From: Macrostomum lignano
Lineage: Eukaryota
NCBI GenBank assembly: GCA_002269645.1
Contig: NIVC01003450.1
Location: 1 to 30,500 of the forward strand
DNA length: 30,500 bases
Direction: 5' to 3'
Position numbers and translations under genes: made by a program. Shown here piece after piece: positions 1-11,030 of this stretch; the stretch's first letter is position 1; each line of letters begins with the position of its first letter. The notes beneath the pieces were generated by a model. The model made no database searches and was not told the origin of the DNA. It saw only the letters and a program-made list of their open reading frames with translations.

Positions 1-2900
1 ATACACAATATAACTGTTGCTGGGACATTCAGCGGCAGGTACATAAAAGTGAGTCAGTTAGATGAGGATTATAGCGACTGCAACAGCTCTGTGTGTTTGA
101 GTGATATTGCAGAGCTAGGCCTGGCTCTTTGTTCTAAGTAGCTCTGTGGGTGGTAATACCAAGGCTGCCAATGCTGCCGAGGCACAGCCAAGGCTGCTAA
201 GCTATACCGAGGCCGGTGAGTCAGTTAGAGGAAGATTATAACGGTTCCAAGAGCTCTGTGCGTTTGAGTGATATTGCAGAGCAGGGCTGGCTCTTTGTTC
301 TAAGTATAGGACAGCCAAGGCTGCTAAGATATACAGAGGCCAGTGAGTCAGTTAGATGAAGATTATAACGGTTCCAAGAGCTCTGTGTGTTTGAGTGATA
401 TTGCAGAGCTAGGCCTGGCTCTTTGATCTAAGTAGCTCTGTGGGTGTACTGCCAAGGCTGCCAATGCTGCCAAGGAACAGCCAAGGCTGCTAAGATATAC
501 AGAGGCCGGTGAGTCAGTTAGATGAAGATTATAACGGTTCCAAGAGCTCTGTGTGTTTGAGTGATATTGCAGAGCTAGGCCTGGCTCTTTGTTCTAAGTA
601 TAGGACAGCCATGGCTGCCAATACTGCCAAGGCACAGCCAAGGCTGCTAAGATATACAGAGGCCGGTGAGTCAGTTAGATGAAGATTATAACGGTTCCAA
701 GAGCTCTGTGTGTTTGAGTGAAAATGCTGAGTTGGGGCTGGCTCTTTGTTCTAAGTATAGGACAGCCAAGGCTGCTAAGATATACAGAGGCCAGTGAGTC
801 AGTTAGATGAAGATTATAACGGTTCCAAGAGCTCTGTGTGTTTGAGTGATATTGCAGAGCTGGGCCTGGCTCTTTGTTCTAAGTAGCTCTGTGGGTGGTA
901 CTGCCAAGGCTGCCAATACTGCCAAGGCACAGCCAAGGCTGCTAAGATATACAGAGGCCGGTGAGTGAGTTAGATGAAGATTATAACGGTTCCAAGAGCT
1001 CTGTGTGTTTGAGTGATATTGCAGAGCTAGGCCTGGCTCTTTGATCTAAGTAGCTCTGTGGGTGGTACTGCCAAGGCTGCCAATACTGCCAAGGCACAGC
1101 CAAGGCTGCTAAGATATACAGAGGCCAGTGACTCAGTTAGATGAAGATTATAACGGTTGCAGGAGCTCTGTGTGTTTGAGTGAAAATTCTGAGTTGGGGC
1201 TGGCTCTTTGTTCTAAATAGGACAGCCAAGGCTGCTAAGATATACAGAGGCCAGTGAGTCAGTTAGATGAAGATTATAACGGTTGCAGGAGCTCTGTGTG
1301 TTTGAGTGAAAATGCTGAGTTAGACCATGCCAGACGGACTGTTTGTCGCAGAGTAAGGCTAACCTGTGCCTATTTAATTGTTTTCTGTTCTTTCAAAACT
1401 ATATACCTTTCATTATCGATTTCTCCTCAACTCCAGCCACACTTGGTTCAAGCAACTTTTCACCTTTTCTCATTGTTTACGAGCTAGCTCAAACCCTAAT
1501 CTTTATCTTTGCGACCCTAGAATTGCATGTTCTGTGTTTTATCTAAATAAGCTCGCGTACGGCCTTGGCCTTGCCCTCATCTCGATTCTTCCCACCTTCG
1601 CCTTCTAATTTTATTTGCATCCATTTCGTAACTCGTTCAGCCAACCTGCTAAAGTGACAGTCATCGTACTGGCATCTTTTTCAATTATGCGCTTTTGATA
1701 TTTTAAATACACAATATAACTGTTGCTGGGACATTCAGCGGCAGGTACATAAAAGTGAGTCAGTTAGATGAGGATTATAGCGACTGCAACAGCTCTGTGT
1801 GTTTGAGTGATATTGCAGAGCTAGGCCTGGCTCTTTGTTCTAAGTAGCTCTGTGGGTGGTAATACCAAGGCTGCCAATGCTGCCGAGGCACAGCCAAGGC
1901 TGCTAAGCTATACCGAGGCCGGTGAGTCAGTTAGAGGAAGATTATAACGGTTCCAAGAGCTCTGTGCGTTTGAGTGATATTGCAGAGCAGGGCCTGGCTC
2001 TTTGTTCTAAGTATAGGACAGCCAAGGCTGCAAAATACTGCCAAGGCACAGCCAAGGCTGCTAAGATATACAGAGGCCGGTGAGTCAGTTAGATGAAGAT
2101 TATAACGGTTCCAAGAGCTCTGTGTGTTTGAGTGATATTGCAGAGCAGGGCCTGGCTCTTTGTTCTAAGTATAGGATAGCCAAGGCTGCTAAGATATACA
2201 GAGGCCAGTGAGTCAGTTAGATGAAGATTATAACGGTTCCAAGAGCTCTGTGTGTTTGAGTGATATTGCAGAGCTGGGCCTGGCTCTTTGTTCTAAGTAG
2301 CTCTGTGGGTGGTACTGCCAAGGCTGCCAATGCTGCCGAGGCACAGCCAAGGCTGCTAAGCTATACCGAGGCCGGTGAGTCAGTTAGATGAAGATTATAA
2401 CGGTTCCAAGAGCTCTGTGTGTTTGAGTGATATTGCAGAGCAGGGCCTGGCTCTTTGTTCTAAGTATAGGACAGCCAAGGCTGCTAAGATATACAGAGGC
2501 CAGTGAGTCAGTTAGATGAAGATTATAACGGTTCCAAGAGCTCTGTGTGTTTGAGTGATATTGCAGAGCTGGGCCTGGCTCTTTGTTCTAAGTAGCTCTG
2601 TGGGTGGTACTGCCAAGGCTGCCAATACTGCCAAGGCACAGCCAAGGCTGCTAAGATATACAGAGGCCGGTGAGTGAGTTAGATGAAGATTACAACGGTT
2701 CCAAGAGTTCTGTGTGTTCGAGTGAAAATGCTGAGTTGGGCCTGGCTTTTTGTTCTAAGTGTTTTTTCTGGCTCTTTGTTTTAAATAGGACAGCCAAGGC
2801 TGCTAAGATATACAGAGGCAGGCGGCTGAATCAGTTAGATGAAGAGGTTATAGCGGCCCCAAGACTTTCCCTTTATGTTTGAGTGAATATGCAGAGTTAT
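1..2900. repeat. Modular tandem repeat (units about 127, 157 and 167 bp) in two cassettes with about 1.7 kb higher-order period
   Basis: Core gtgagtcagttagatgaagattataacggttccaagagctctg recurs at 49, 216, 343, 509, 666, 794, 961, 1128, 1254 and 1755, 1922, 2080, 2208, 2375, 2503, 2670. The window start atacacaatataactg recurs at 1707. Confidence 0.95.
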
Positions 2901-3197
2901 TCCATGCTGGACTCCATGTCGCGAGGTAAAGCTAGGTTGCGCTGTGAATTGTTGTCTTTTCCCACAAAACTATATTCTTTTAATTATCGATTTCTCCTCA
3001 ATCGCAGATTCACACAGCTCAAGCAACTTTTCACCCTTTTCATCGTTTAGTTGAAACCAAACCAAACCCTTTATCTTTGCTAGTAGAATCGCATCCATTC
3101 TGTGTTGGATAAAAATACGCTGGCTACGGCCTTGTGCCCCTCTCGTTCTTTCGCACCTTTGCCTTCTAACGTATTTTGTATGCATCAATTTTTTAGT

Positions 3198-3531
3198 CCC
3201 AGCTTCTCTCCGCTTCTCTCTGATAATCCCAGCTTCTCTCCGCTTCTCTCTGATAACCCCAGCTTCTCTCCGCTTCTCTATGATAATCCAAGCTTCTCTC
3301 CGCTTCTTTCTGATAATCCCAGCTTCTCTCCGCTTCTTTCTGATAATCCCAGCTTCTTTCCGCTTCTCTCTGATAATCCCAGCTTCTTTCCGCTTCTCTC
3401 TGATAATCCCAGCTTCTCTCCGCTTCTCTGATAATCCCAGCTTCTCTCCGCTTCTCTCTGATAATCCCAGCTTCTCTCCGCTTCTTTCTGATAATCCCAG
3501 CTTCTCTCCGCTTCCCTCTGATATTCCAGCT
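3198..3531. repeat. 30-bp minisatellite (cccagcttctctccgcttctctctgataat), about 11 copies
   Basis: Direct inspection; two units are shortened by 2 bp. Confidence 0.95.
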
Positions 3532-4096
3532 TGTCTTCGCTGATCTAAGCTTCTCTACGCCCGTCTCCACCAGTCTTTCTGATGACTCTCTTCTGCATCG
3601 ATTTTTGCTCACTGGTATTGATTGTCGCACTGAGGTTTGAAACTGAAAAAATGGACCTTCTAGAAGAAACGACCAAAGCCTAATGGTCCTGTAGATGCTC
3701 CTGTCTCTGCATGCGGCTCAAGAACGGGTCTTCATTGCCCGGTTTGTAGACCAGAGTATGTGCTATTTTTAGAATCAGTCGAGTTGAGATGCCCCAGGTG
3801 TATTTGCTGCGGTTGCGCAAACCAGCTGTGGGGTTTTCGAACCGATTCGAAAGCTCGACATTTGGTTTGTGTCAAAGGCTAGGGTTGTGGAGCTGAGAGG
3901 CCGACCACAGACAGCATGGCTGCAGCTGGAGAGTGGTCTTCGTTGCCAAGAGGTTTCCAAACCGCAGTTTGCGGTCACCTCTCGGCCAGCCCAGGTGGCT
4001 GTGAATGCTGGAGCGACTCGAGCGATTCGAGTTGCCATGCAGTGCATTTGAAATGCTGGGTGAGCTGAGAGCTGAGTCCGTGTTAGGGGCTGGCTG

Positions 4097-4404
4097 GCTG
4101 ACTGACTGACTGACTGACTGACTGACTGACTGACTGACTGACTGACTGACTGACTGACTGACTGACTGACTGACTGACTGACTGACTGACTGACTGACTG
4201 ACTGACTGACTGACTGACTGACTGACTGACTGACTGACTGACTGACTGACTGACTGACTGACTGACTGACTGACTGACTGACTGACTGACTGACTGACTG
4301 ACTGACTGACTGACTGACTGACTGACTGACTGACTGACTGACTGACTGATTGACTGACTGACTGACTGACTGACTGACTGACTGACTGACTGACTGACTG
4401 ACTG
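4097..4404. repeat. (ACTG)n microsatellite, about 77 copies, one ATTG variant
   Basis: Direct inspection. Confidence 0.98.
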
Positions 4405-4407
4405 AGG

Positions 4408-4680
4408 CGGGTGAGTCTCTTAGATGAAGAGGTTTTAGCGGCCCCAAGACTTTCCCTTAATGTTTGAGTGAAAAAGCAGACTTAGAGCCTACTCCGTTCT
4501 AAGTATAGGAGGTCTAAGCTGCCGAGATTTACAGAGGCCGGTGAGTCAGTTAGATGAAGATTATAGCGATTAAAAGAGCTCTGTGTGTTTGAGTGAAAAT
4601 GCTGAGTTGGGCCTGGCTCTTTGTTTTAAGTATGGGACAGCCAAGGCTGCTAAGATATACAGAGGCCGGTGAGGACAGCC
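4408..4680. repeat. Third partial cassette of the 127-167 bp modular repeat
   Basis: Two units; the first shares the variant gaagaggtt..agcggccccaagactttccct with the unit near 2830. Confidence 0.9.
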
Positions 4681-5009
4681 TGGCCTAGCTAGGCATCTAT
4701 AGTTCTTATAGCATTTTTTGTATTCGTATATAAGTTCTACTCGTGATGCTTAAAACAAGCTTTATGGTTTGGATACCTAGAAAACAGTACTTCATGTAAC
4801 TCTGTATCAGGGAAGGAATGGCGGCTCACTGAAGGCCACTTGGATTAGTGGGGGTCAGTGATGGTCACTTGGATTAGTGCGGGTCACTGATGGTCACTTG
4901 GATTAGTGCGAGTCACTGATGGTCACTTGGATTAGTGCGGGTCACTAAAGGCCACTTGGATTAGTGCGGGTCACTGAAGGTCACATGGAATACTTTTCTA
5001 TAGTCTATT

Positions 5010-6294
5010 TCTGTAGTGATGAGCAAATTTCAGGTAATTCTGTCCGGCCTCCATATCTGTGTAGTGAGGAGCAAATTTCAGGTAATTCTGTCCGGCCTCC
5101 AGATCTGTGTAGTGGGGAGCAAATTTCAGGTAATTCTGTCCGGCCTCCAAATCTGTGTGGTGGGGAGCAAATTTCAGGTAATTCTGTCCGGCCTCCAGAT
5201 CTGTGTAGTGGGGAGCAAATTTCAGGTAATTCTGTCCGGCCTCCAAATCTGTGTAGTGAGGAGCAAATTTCAGGTAATTCTGTCCGGCCTCCAGATCTGT
5301 GTAGTGGGGAGCAAATTTCAGGTAATTCTGTCCGGCCTCCAGATCTGTGTAGTGGGGAGCAAATTTCAGGTAATTCTGTCCGGCCTCCAAATCTGTGTAG
5401 TGGGGAGCAAATTTCAGGTAATTCTGTCCGGCCTCCAGATCTGTGTAGTGGGGAGCAAATTTCAGGTAATTCTGTCCGGCCTCCAAATCTGTGTAGTGGG
5501 GAGCAAATTTCAGGTAATTCTGTCCGGCCTCCAAATCTGTGTAGTGGGGAGCAAATTTCAGGTAATTCTGTCCGGCCTCCAAATCTGTGTAGTGGGGAGC
5601 AAATTTCAGGTAATTCTGTCCGGCCTCCAAATCTGTGTAGTGGGGAGCAAATTTCAGGTAATTCTGTCCGGCCTCCAAATCTGTGTAGTGGGGAGCAAAT
5701 TTCAGGTAATTCTGTCCGGCCTCCAAATCTGTGTAGTGGGGAGCAAATTTCAGGTAATTCTGTCCGGCCTCCAGATCTGTGTAGTGGGGAGCAAATTTCA
5801 GGTAATTCTGTCCGGCCTCCAGATCTGTGTAGTGGGGAGCAAATTTCAGGTAATTCTGTCCGGCCTCCAAATCTGTGTAGTGGGGAGCAAATTTCAGGTA
5901 ATTCTGTCCGGCCTCCAAATCTGTGTAGTGGGGAGCAAATTTCAGGTAATTCTGTCCGGCCTCCAGATCTGTGTAGTGGGGAGCAAATTTCAGGTAATTC
6001 TGTCCGGCCTCCAGATCTGTGTAGTGGGGAGCAAATTTCAGGTAATTCTGTCCGGCCTCCAAATCTGTGTAGTGGGGAGCAAATTTCAGGTAATTCTGTC
6101 CGGCCTCCAGATCTGTGTAGTGGGGAGCAAATTTCAGGTAATTCTGTCCGGCCTCCAGATCTGTGTAGTGGGGAGCAAATTTCAGGTAATTCTGTCCGGC
6201 CTCCAAATCTGTGTAGTGGGGAGCAAATTTCAGGTAATTCTGTCCGGCCTCCAGATCTGTGTAGTGGGGAGCAAATTTCAGGTAATTCTGTCCA
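5010..6294. repeat. 48-bp minisatellite array 1, about 27 copies
   Basis: Unit tagtggggagcaaatttcaggtaattctgtccggcctcca(g/a)atctgtg. Confidence 0.98.
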
Positions 6295-6827
6295 GTAACT
6301 GAGTCACGTAGATTAGTGCGATTCACTAAAGTTCACTTGGATTAGTGCGGGTCAGTGATGGTCACTTGGATTAGTGCGGGTCAGTGAAGGCCACTTGGAT
6401 TAGTGCGGCTCACTGATGGTCACTTGGATTAGTGCTAGTCACTGATGGTCACTTGGATTAGTGCGAGTAACTGATGGTCAATTGGATTAGTGCGAGTCAC
6501 TGATGGTCAATTGGATTAGTTCGGGTCACTGATGGTCAATTGGATTAGTGCGGGTCACTAAAGGCCACTTGGATTAGTGCGGGTCACTAAAGGCCACTTG
6601 GATTGGTGCGGGTCACTAAAGGCCACTTGGATTGGTGCGGGTCACTAAAGGCCACTTGGATTAGTGCGGGTCACTGAAGGCCACTTGAATCAGTGCGGGT
6701 CAGTGATTGTCACTGTTAGATTAGTGCGGGTCACTGATGGTCACTTGGATTAGTGCGAGTCACTGATGGTCACTTGGATTAGTGCGGGTCACTGAAGGTC
6801 ACATGGAATACTTTTCTATAGTCTATT

Positions 6828-7536
6828 TCTGTAGTGATGAGCAAATTTCAGGTAATTCTGTCCGGCCTCCAAATCTGTGTAGTGAGGAGCAAATTTCAGG
6901 TAATTCTGTCCGGCCTCCAAATCTGTGTAGTGGGGAGCAAATTTCAGGTAATTCTGTCCGGCCTCCAAATCTGTGTAGTGGGGAGCAAATTTCAGGTAAT
7001 TCTGTCCGGCCTCCAAATCTGTGTAGTGGGGAGCAAATTTCAGGTAATTCTGTCCGGCCTCCAGATCTGTGTAGTGGGGAGCAAATTTCAGGTAATTCTG
7101 TCCGGCCTCCAGATCTGTGTAGTGGGGAGCAAATTTCAGGTAATTCTGTCCGGCCTCCAAATCTGTGTAGTGGGGAGCAAATTTCAGGTAATTCTGTCCG
7201 GCCTCCAGATCTGTGTAGTGGGGAGCAAATTTCAGGTAATTCTGTCCGGCCTCCAAATCTGTGTAGTGGGGAGCAAATTTCAGGTAATTCTGTCCGGCCT
7301 CCAAATCTGTGTAGTGGGGAGCAAATTTCAGGTAATTCTGTCCGGCCTCCAGATCTGTGTAGTGGGGAGCAAATTTCAGGTAATTCTGTCCGGCCTCCAA
7401 ATCTGTGTAGTGGGGAGCAAATTTCAGGTAATTCTGTCCGGCCTCCAGATCTGTGTAGTGGGGAGCAAATTTCAGGTAATTCTGTCCGGCCTCCAGATCT
7501 GTGTAGTGGGGAGCAAATTTCAGGTAATTCTGTCCA
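6828..7536. repeat. 48-bp minisatellite array 2, about 15 copies
   Basis: Same unit and identical flanks to array 1, 12 units shorter. Confidence 0.98.
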
Positions 7537-8029
7537 GTAACTGAGTCACGTAGATTAGTGCGATTCACTAAAGTTCACTTGGATTAGTGCGGGTCAGTGA
7601 TGGTCACTTGGATTAGTGCGGGTCAGTGATGGTCACTTGGATTAGTGCGGGTCACTGATGGTCACTTGGATTAGTGCGGGTCACTGATGGTCACTTGGAT
7701 TAGTACGGCTCACTGAAGGCTCTTGGATTAGTGCGGCTCACTGATGGTCAATTGGATTAATGCCTGTCACTGAAGGCTACTTGGATCAGTTCAGGTCAGT
7801 GAAGATCACTTGCCATTAAGTGGGTCACTGATCGACACTTGGATTCGTGCGGGTCATTGAAGGCCACTTGGATTAATGCCTGTCATTGAAGGCCACTTGG
7901 ATCAGTTCGGGTCAGTGAAGAACACTTGCCATTAAGCGGGTCACTGATCGATACTTGGATTCGGTCAGTGATAGTCACCGTTGGATTAGTGCGGGTCACT
8001 GCGGGTTAATTTTCTACAGTCTATCTATG

Positions 8030-8126
8030 TAGTTGGGAGCAAAATAAAGGTAATTCTGTCCTAGTTGGGAGCGAAGTCAAGGTAATTCTGTCCTAATTGG
8101 GAGCAAAGTCAAGGTAATTCTGTCCG
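8030..8126. repeat. Three copies of a 32-bp unit related to the 48-mer
   Basis: tagttgggagc(a/g)aagtcaaggtaattctgtcc. Confidence 0.85.
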
Positions 8127-8400
8127 ATTCTGTACGTCTTCACTACTAAGAATGTTAGTAGGCCTGTTCTATAAAAAGTAGTACTACAAACAATGCAAAA
8201 AGTTCATTTATAAGATTAATTTTAGATAATTTTTCTTAAAAAATATTTTATAATTTTTTTCTAGCCGTGATCTATCGACTGAATATTAAATTTTCAATTT
8301 TTATCACCATGTAATTTTGTCCGCTCCATGTAGTCGCTGCTCCCAGTTTTGCTCCCGTTGCCATGTAGTCTTGTCCGCTTTATGTAATTGCCTGTGCTAT

Positions 8401-8788
8401 AGGGAGAGGAGAGAGGGGGAGAGAGGGAGAGGAGAGAGGGAGAGGAGAGAGGGAGAAGAGAGAGGGAGAAGAGAGAGGGAGAAGGGAGAGGGAGAAGGGA
8501 GAGGGAGAAGGGAGAGGGAGAGGGGAGAGGGAGAGGGAGAGGAGAGAGGGAGAGGAGAGAGGGGGAGAGAGGGAGAGGAGAGAGGGAGAGGAGAGAGGGG
8601 GAGAGAGGGAGAGGAGAGAGGGAGAGGAGAGAGGGAGAAGAGAGAGGGAGAAGGGAGAGGGAGAAGGGAGAGGGAAAAGGGAGAGGGAAAAGGGAGAGGG
8701 AGAGGAGAGAGGGAGAGGAGAGAGGGAGAGGGAGAGGGGAGAGGGAGAGGGGAGAGGGAGAGGGGAGAGGGAGAGGGAGAGGGAGAGG
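8401..8788. repeat. Pure polypurine (GA/GGA) low-complexity tract, 388 bp
   Basis: No pyrimidine on the + strand across the interval. Confidence 0.95.
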
Positions 8789-8883
8789 TAAATATCTTAG
8801 TAAAACCTTAGCACTCAGTTTGCGAAGGCATTCCAAGCTTTGAGCAGTATAAGCGAAACTGTATTTTTAATCGGTGCTGATTG

Positions 8884-9276
8884 AGAGGAGAGACAGCAGT
8901 GGGGAGGATGAGAGGAGAGACAGCAGTGGGGAGGATGAGAGGAGAGACAGCAGTGAGGAGGATGAGAGGAGAGACAGCAGTGAGGAGGATGAGAGGAGAG
9001 ACAGCAGTGAGGAGGATGAGAGGAGAGACAGCAGTGGGGAGGATGAGAGGAGAGACAGCAGTGGGGAGGATGAGAGGAGAGACAGCAGTGGGGAGGATGA
9101 GAGGAGAGAGAGCAGTGGGGAGGATGAGAGGAGAGACAGCAGTGGGGAGGATGAGAGGAGAGACAGCAGTGGGGAGGATGAGAGGAGAGAGAGCAGTGGG
9201 GATGAGAGGAGAGACAGCAGTGAGGAGGATGAGAGGAGAGAGAGCAGTGGGGATGAGAGGAGAGACAGCAGTGAAC
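8884..9276. repeat. 27-bp purine-rich minisatellite (gagaggagagacagcagtggggaggat), about 14-15 copies
   Basis: Direct inspection; some units are 24 bp. Confidence 0.95.
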
Positions 9277-9623
9277 AGAATGAGTGGAGAGAAGACAAGT
9301 TCAGATGGAAATTCACCAGAAATTTTCTCTAACAAGAAGTTCAGATTCCAAACAGGAAGTGTTTAAAATTATTCATGGAAATCGAAGCAGCTCTAGCGGT
9401 TTATAATTTATTAAAACAGGCTAAAAATCATGCCAACAATTTCCTTGAAAAAGAATTTTTTTCTGCATTCAAAATACTTTGAAGAAATATATTTTTTGTC
9501 TTTTTTAAATATAAATTTCATTCAAAAATCAGTGTCAAGTAAGCAGTATCACAGAGGTTAAGCAAAAAAGAGAATTATATAAAAACGCGTTCCCAACTTC
9601 ATTAGCCGCGAGTTATTTCACTG

Positions 9624-9629
9624 TTTATT
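9624..9629 (-). promoter_or_regulatory. Candidate polyadenylation signal (AATAAA) for HYDIN
   Basis: First minus-strand AATAAA I found downstream of the stop, about 590 nt away. Motif only. Confidence 0.3.
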
Positions 9630-9789
9630 CAGGAAATTGAAAAAAATGTCTCTTCAGCTTCTTCCTACGGGCTAATGATGTAGCAGAGTTGAATTACGGC
9701 ACGCATCAGGAAATGTTTTTTTAAGTTCGTTTTTTAAAAGTTCTGCATGGAGTCCGCATGAAGTTTATAATTAACATCGGAATAATCCA

Positions 9790-10105
9790 TCTGCATCTGC
9801 ATTTCATTTTGAATTCTTTCTAACGGGCACCCTCCTCACCTCAGTCCAATCCACTCCTTCCTCATGCTTCACTCTTATTGGCTGGAAGAAGACACCCACC
9901 TCACTCCGATCCATTCCTGCCTCACGCTTCACTCTTATTGGCTGGAGGAATACACCCACCTCACTTCGATCTATTGCTGCCTCATGCTTCACTCTTATTG
10001 GCTGGAGGAATACACCCACGTCACTCCGATCCATTCCTGCTTCATGCTTCACTCTTATTGACTGGAGGTTCTTATTGACTAATTCGTTAAGATCTTTATA
10101 GTGGC
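9790..10105 (+). repeat. Interspersed element of about 310 bp containing a 60-bp tandem; inverted copy at 12140-12425
   Basis: 60-mer cctcatgcttcactcttattggctggaagaagacacccacctcactccgatccattcctg plus unique flanks shared with the other copy. Confidence 0.85.
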
Positions 10106-10220
10106 CAGCTCCTGGCAAGCCACAATAAAATAAGCTTAAAATTTTGAATATTGCAGATTTCCAACTCCAGATGCTAATTACTCAACCCCAAGTAAATCGA
10201 GGCACAGTCTCAGCTCAGCC

Positions 10221-11030
10221 TTAGGACCTATCTGGTGGATGACCACGCAAATAGTACACCCACTGAAGTGCGCTGCCCGCGCCAGATGATCTGGCGCAGG
10301 TGACCAACAGCTTGGCCATGACCGCGTCCTGACCCGCGTCCGCTCCCGGGTTGAAAGTCACAACAATGCGGTACTCCTTGTGCGGCCGCACCGTGTCGCC
10401 GGACTTGTGCACGCTGAACGCCGGATTGTCTACCTGGAAGGTGAACTGCGTAGCCGACGGGAACACGTTGCGAAACGAGATGGTAGCGGTGGCGCCGGCT
10501 TTGACCACGAACGGTCCCTGCGGCTTGGGCGGCAGGCAGACCGCATGCAGGGGGAACAGGTAGGCGCCGGCCGACTGGCTGGTCACGGTCAAGGTGCTCT
10601 TGATGTCGCCAAGTCGGCAGGGCTCGAAAACGACGTCTAGGACGCCCTCGGAGCCGGGTGAAACGGTGACCGTCTTATCGCAGTGGAAATCCGTCGCGGG
10701 CTCGATTCTGCACGCGAAGTCGGCCTTGGACCGGCCATAGTTGACGAATCGAGCTTGCAGCACCTGCTGGCCGCCCAGGTAGGTGGTGAAGTGCAGAGCG
10801 CGCTCGGGGCCTGGCTGAGTACCTTTGAGGTCGAGCTCGTAGGTGTATAGGCCGAGCTCCGGGCATTGAAGCTCTAGCTTGCCACGGTAGTCTTGCGGCT
10901 TCAGGGGCAGGAATTCGATCTCAATCTGACCGAGCGTCTGCGGCGGAATCTGCAGCTGAGACGGGACTCGAACTTCCGATACTGTCGTTGACACGGTCAG
11001 GGTCACCGGGTGAGCCAGCGGGTTCTCAAT
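10221..11030 (-). CDS. HYDIN: HYDIN terminal coding exon (810 bp including TAA)
   Basis: Acceptor cccgcag|ATT GAG AAC; ends LQWVYYLRGHPPDRS-TAA. Confidence 0.92.
   Translation of the reverse strand: MENPLAHPVTLTVSTTVSEVRVPSQLQIPPQTLGQIEIEFLPLKPQDYRGKLELQCPELGLYTYELDLKGTQPGPERALHFTTYLGGQQVLQARFVNYGRSKADFACRIEPATDFHCDKTVTVSPGSEGVLDVVFEPCRLGDIKSTLTVTSQSAGAYLFPLHAVCLPPKPQGPFVVKAGATATISFRNVFPSATQFTFQVDNPAFSVHKSGDTVRPHKEYRIVVTFNPGADAGQDAVMAKLLVTCARSSGAGSALQWVYYLRGHPPDRS

Larger units (their letters stand above)
4830..8005. repeat. 29-bp minisatellite (ggtcacttggattagtgcgggtcactgat) in three blocks: about 4830-4985, 6300-6800 and 7545-8005
   Basis: Direct inspection; the last block degenerates towards 8005. 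Confidence 0.93.

Noticed and set aside
49-2900. Protein-like reading of the 127-167 bp unit (SQLDEDYNGSKSSVCLSDIAELGLALCSK) and a possible exon-intron tandem using GTGAGT and TTGCAG
   Set aside because: The frame stops at or within each unit, the long tail has stops in all spliced frames I tried, and about 40 open codons is expected by chance.
2970-3188. 72-aa minus-strand ORF in the cassette tail
   Set aside because: The homologous tail at about 1380-1620 has stops and frame breaks; I recognise no family.
5010-7536. CRISPR-like regular repeats (also the arrays at 1-2900, 18190-18960 and 23255-24500)
   Set aside because: No unique spacers, no cas genes, and the context is eukaryotic.
4964-7568. 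Long ORFs of 236-444 aa on both strands
   Set aside because: They are translations of a 48-bp (3n) minisatellite that is stop-free in three frames. The common variant is silent in two frames and D/N in the third, with no unique domain or gene context.
8294-9366. ORFs rich in E/R/G or L/S/P
   Set aside because: Translations of the purine tract and the 27-bp minisatellite.
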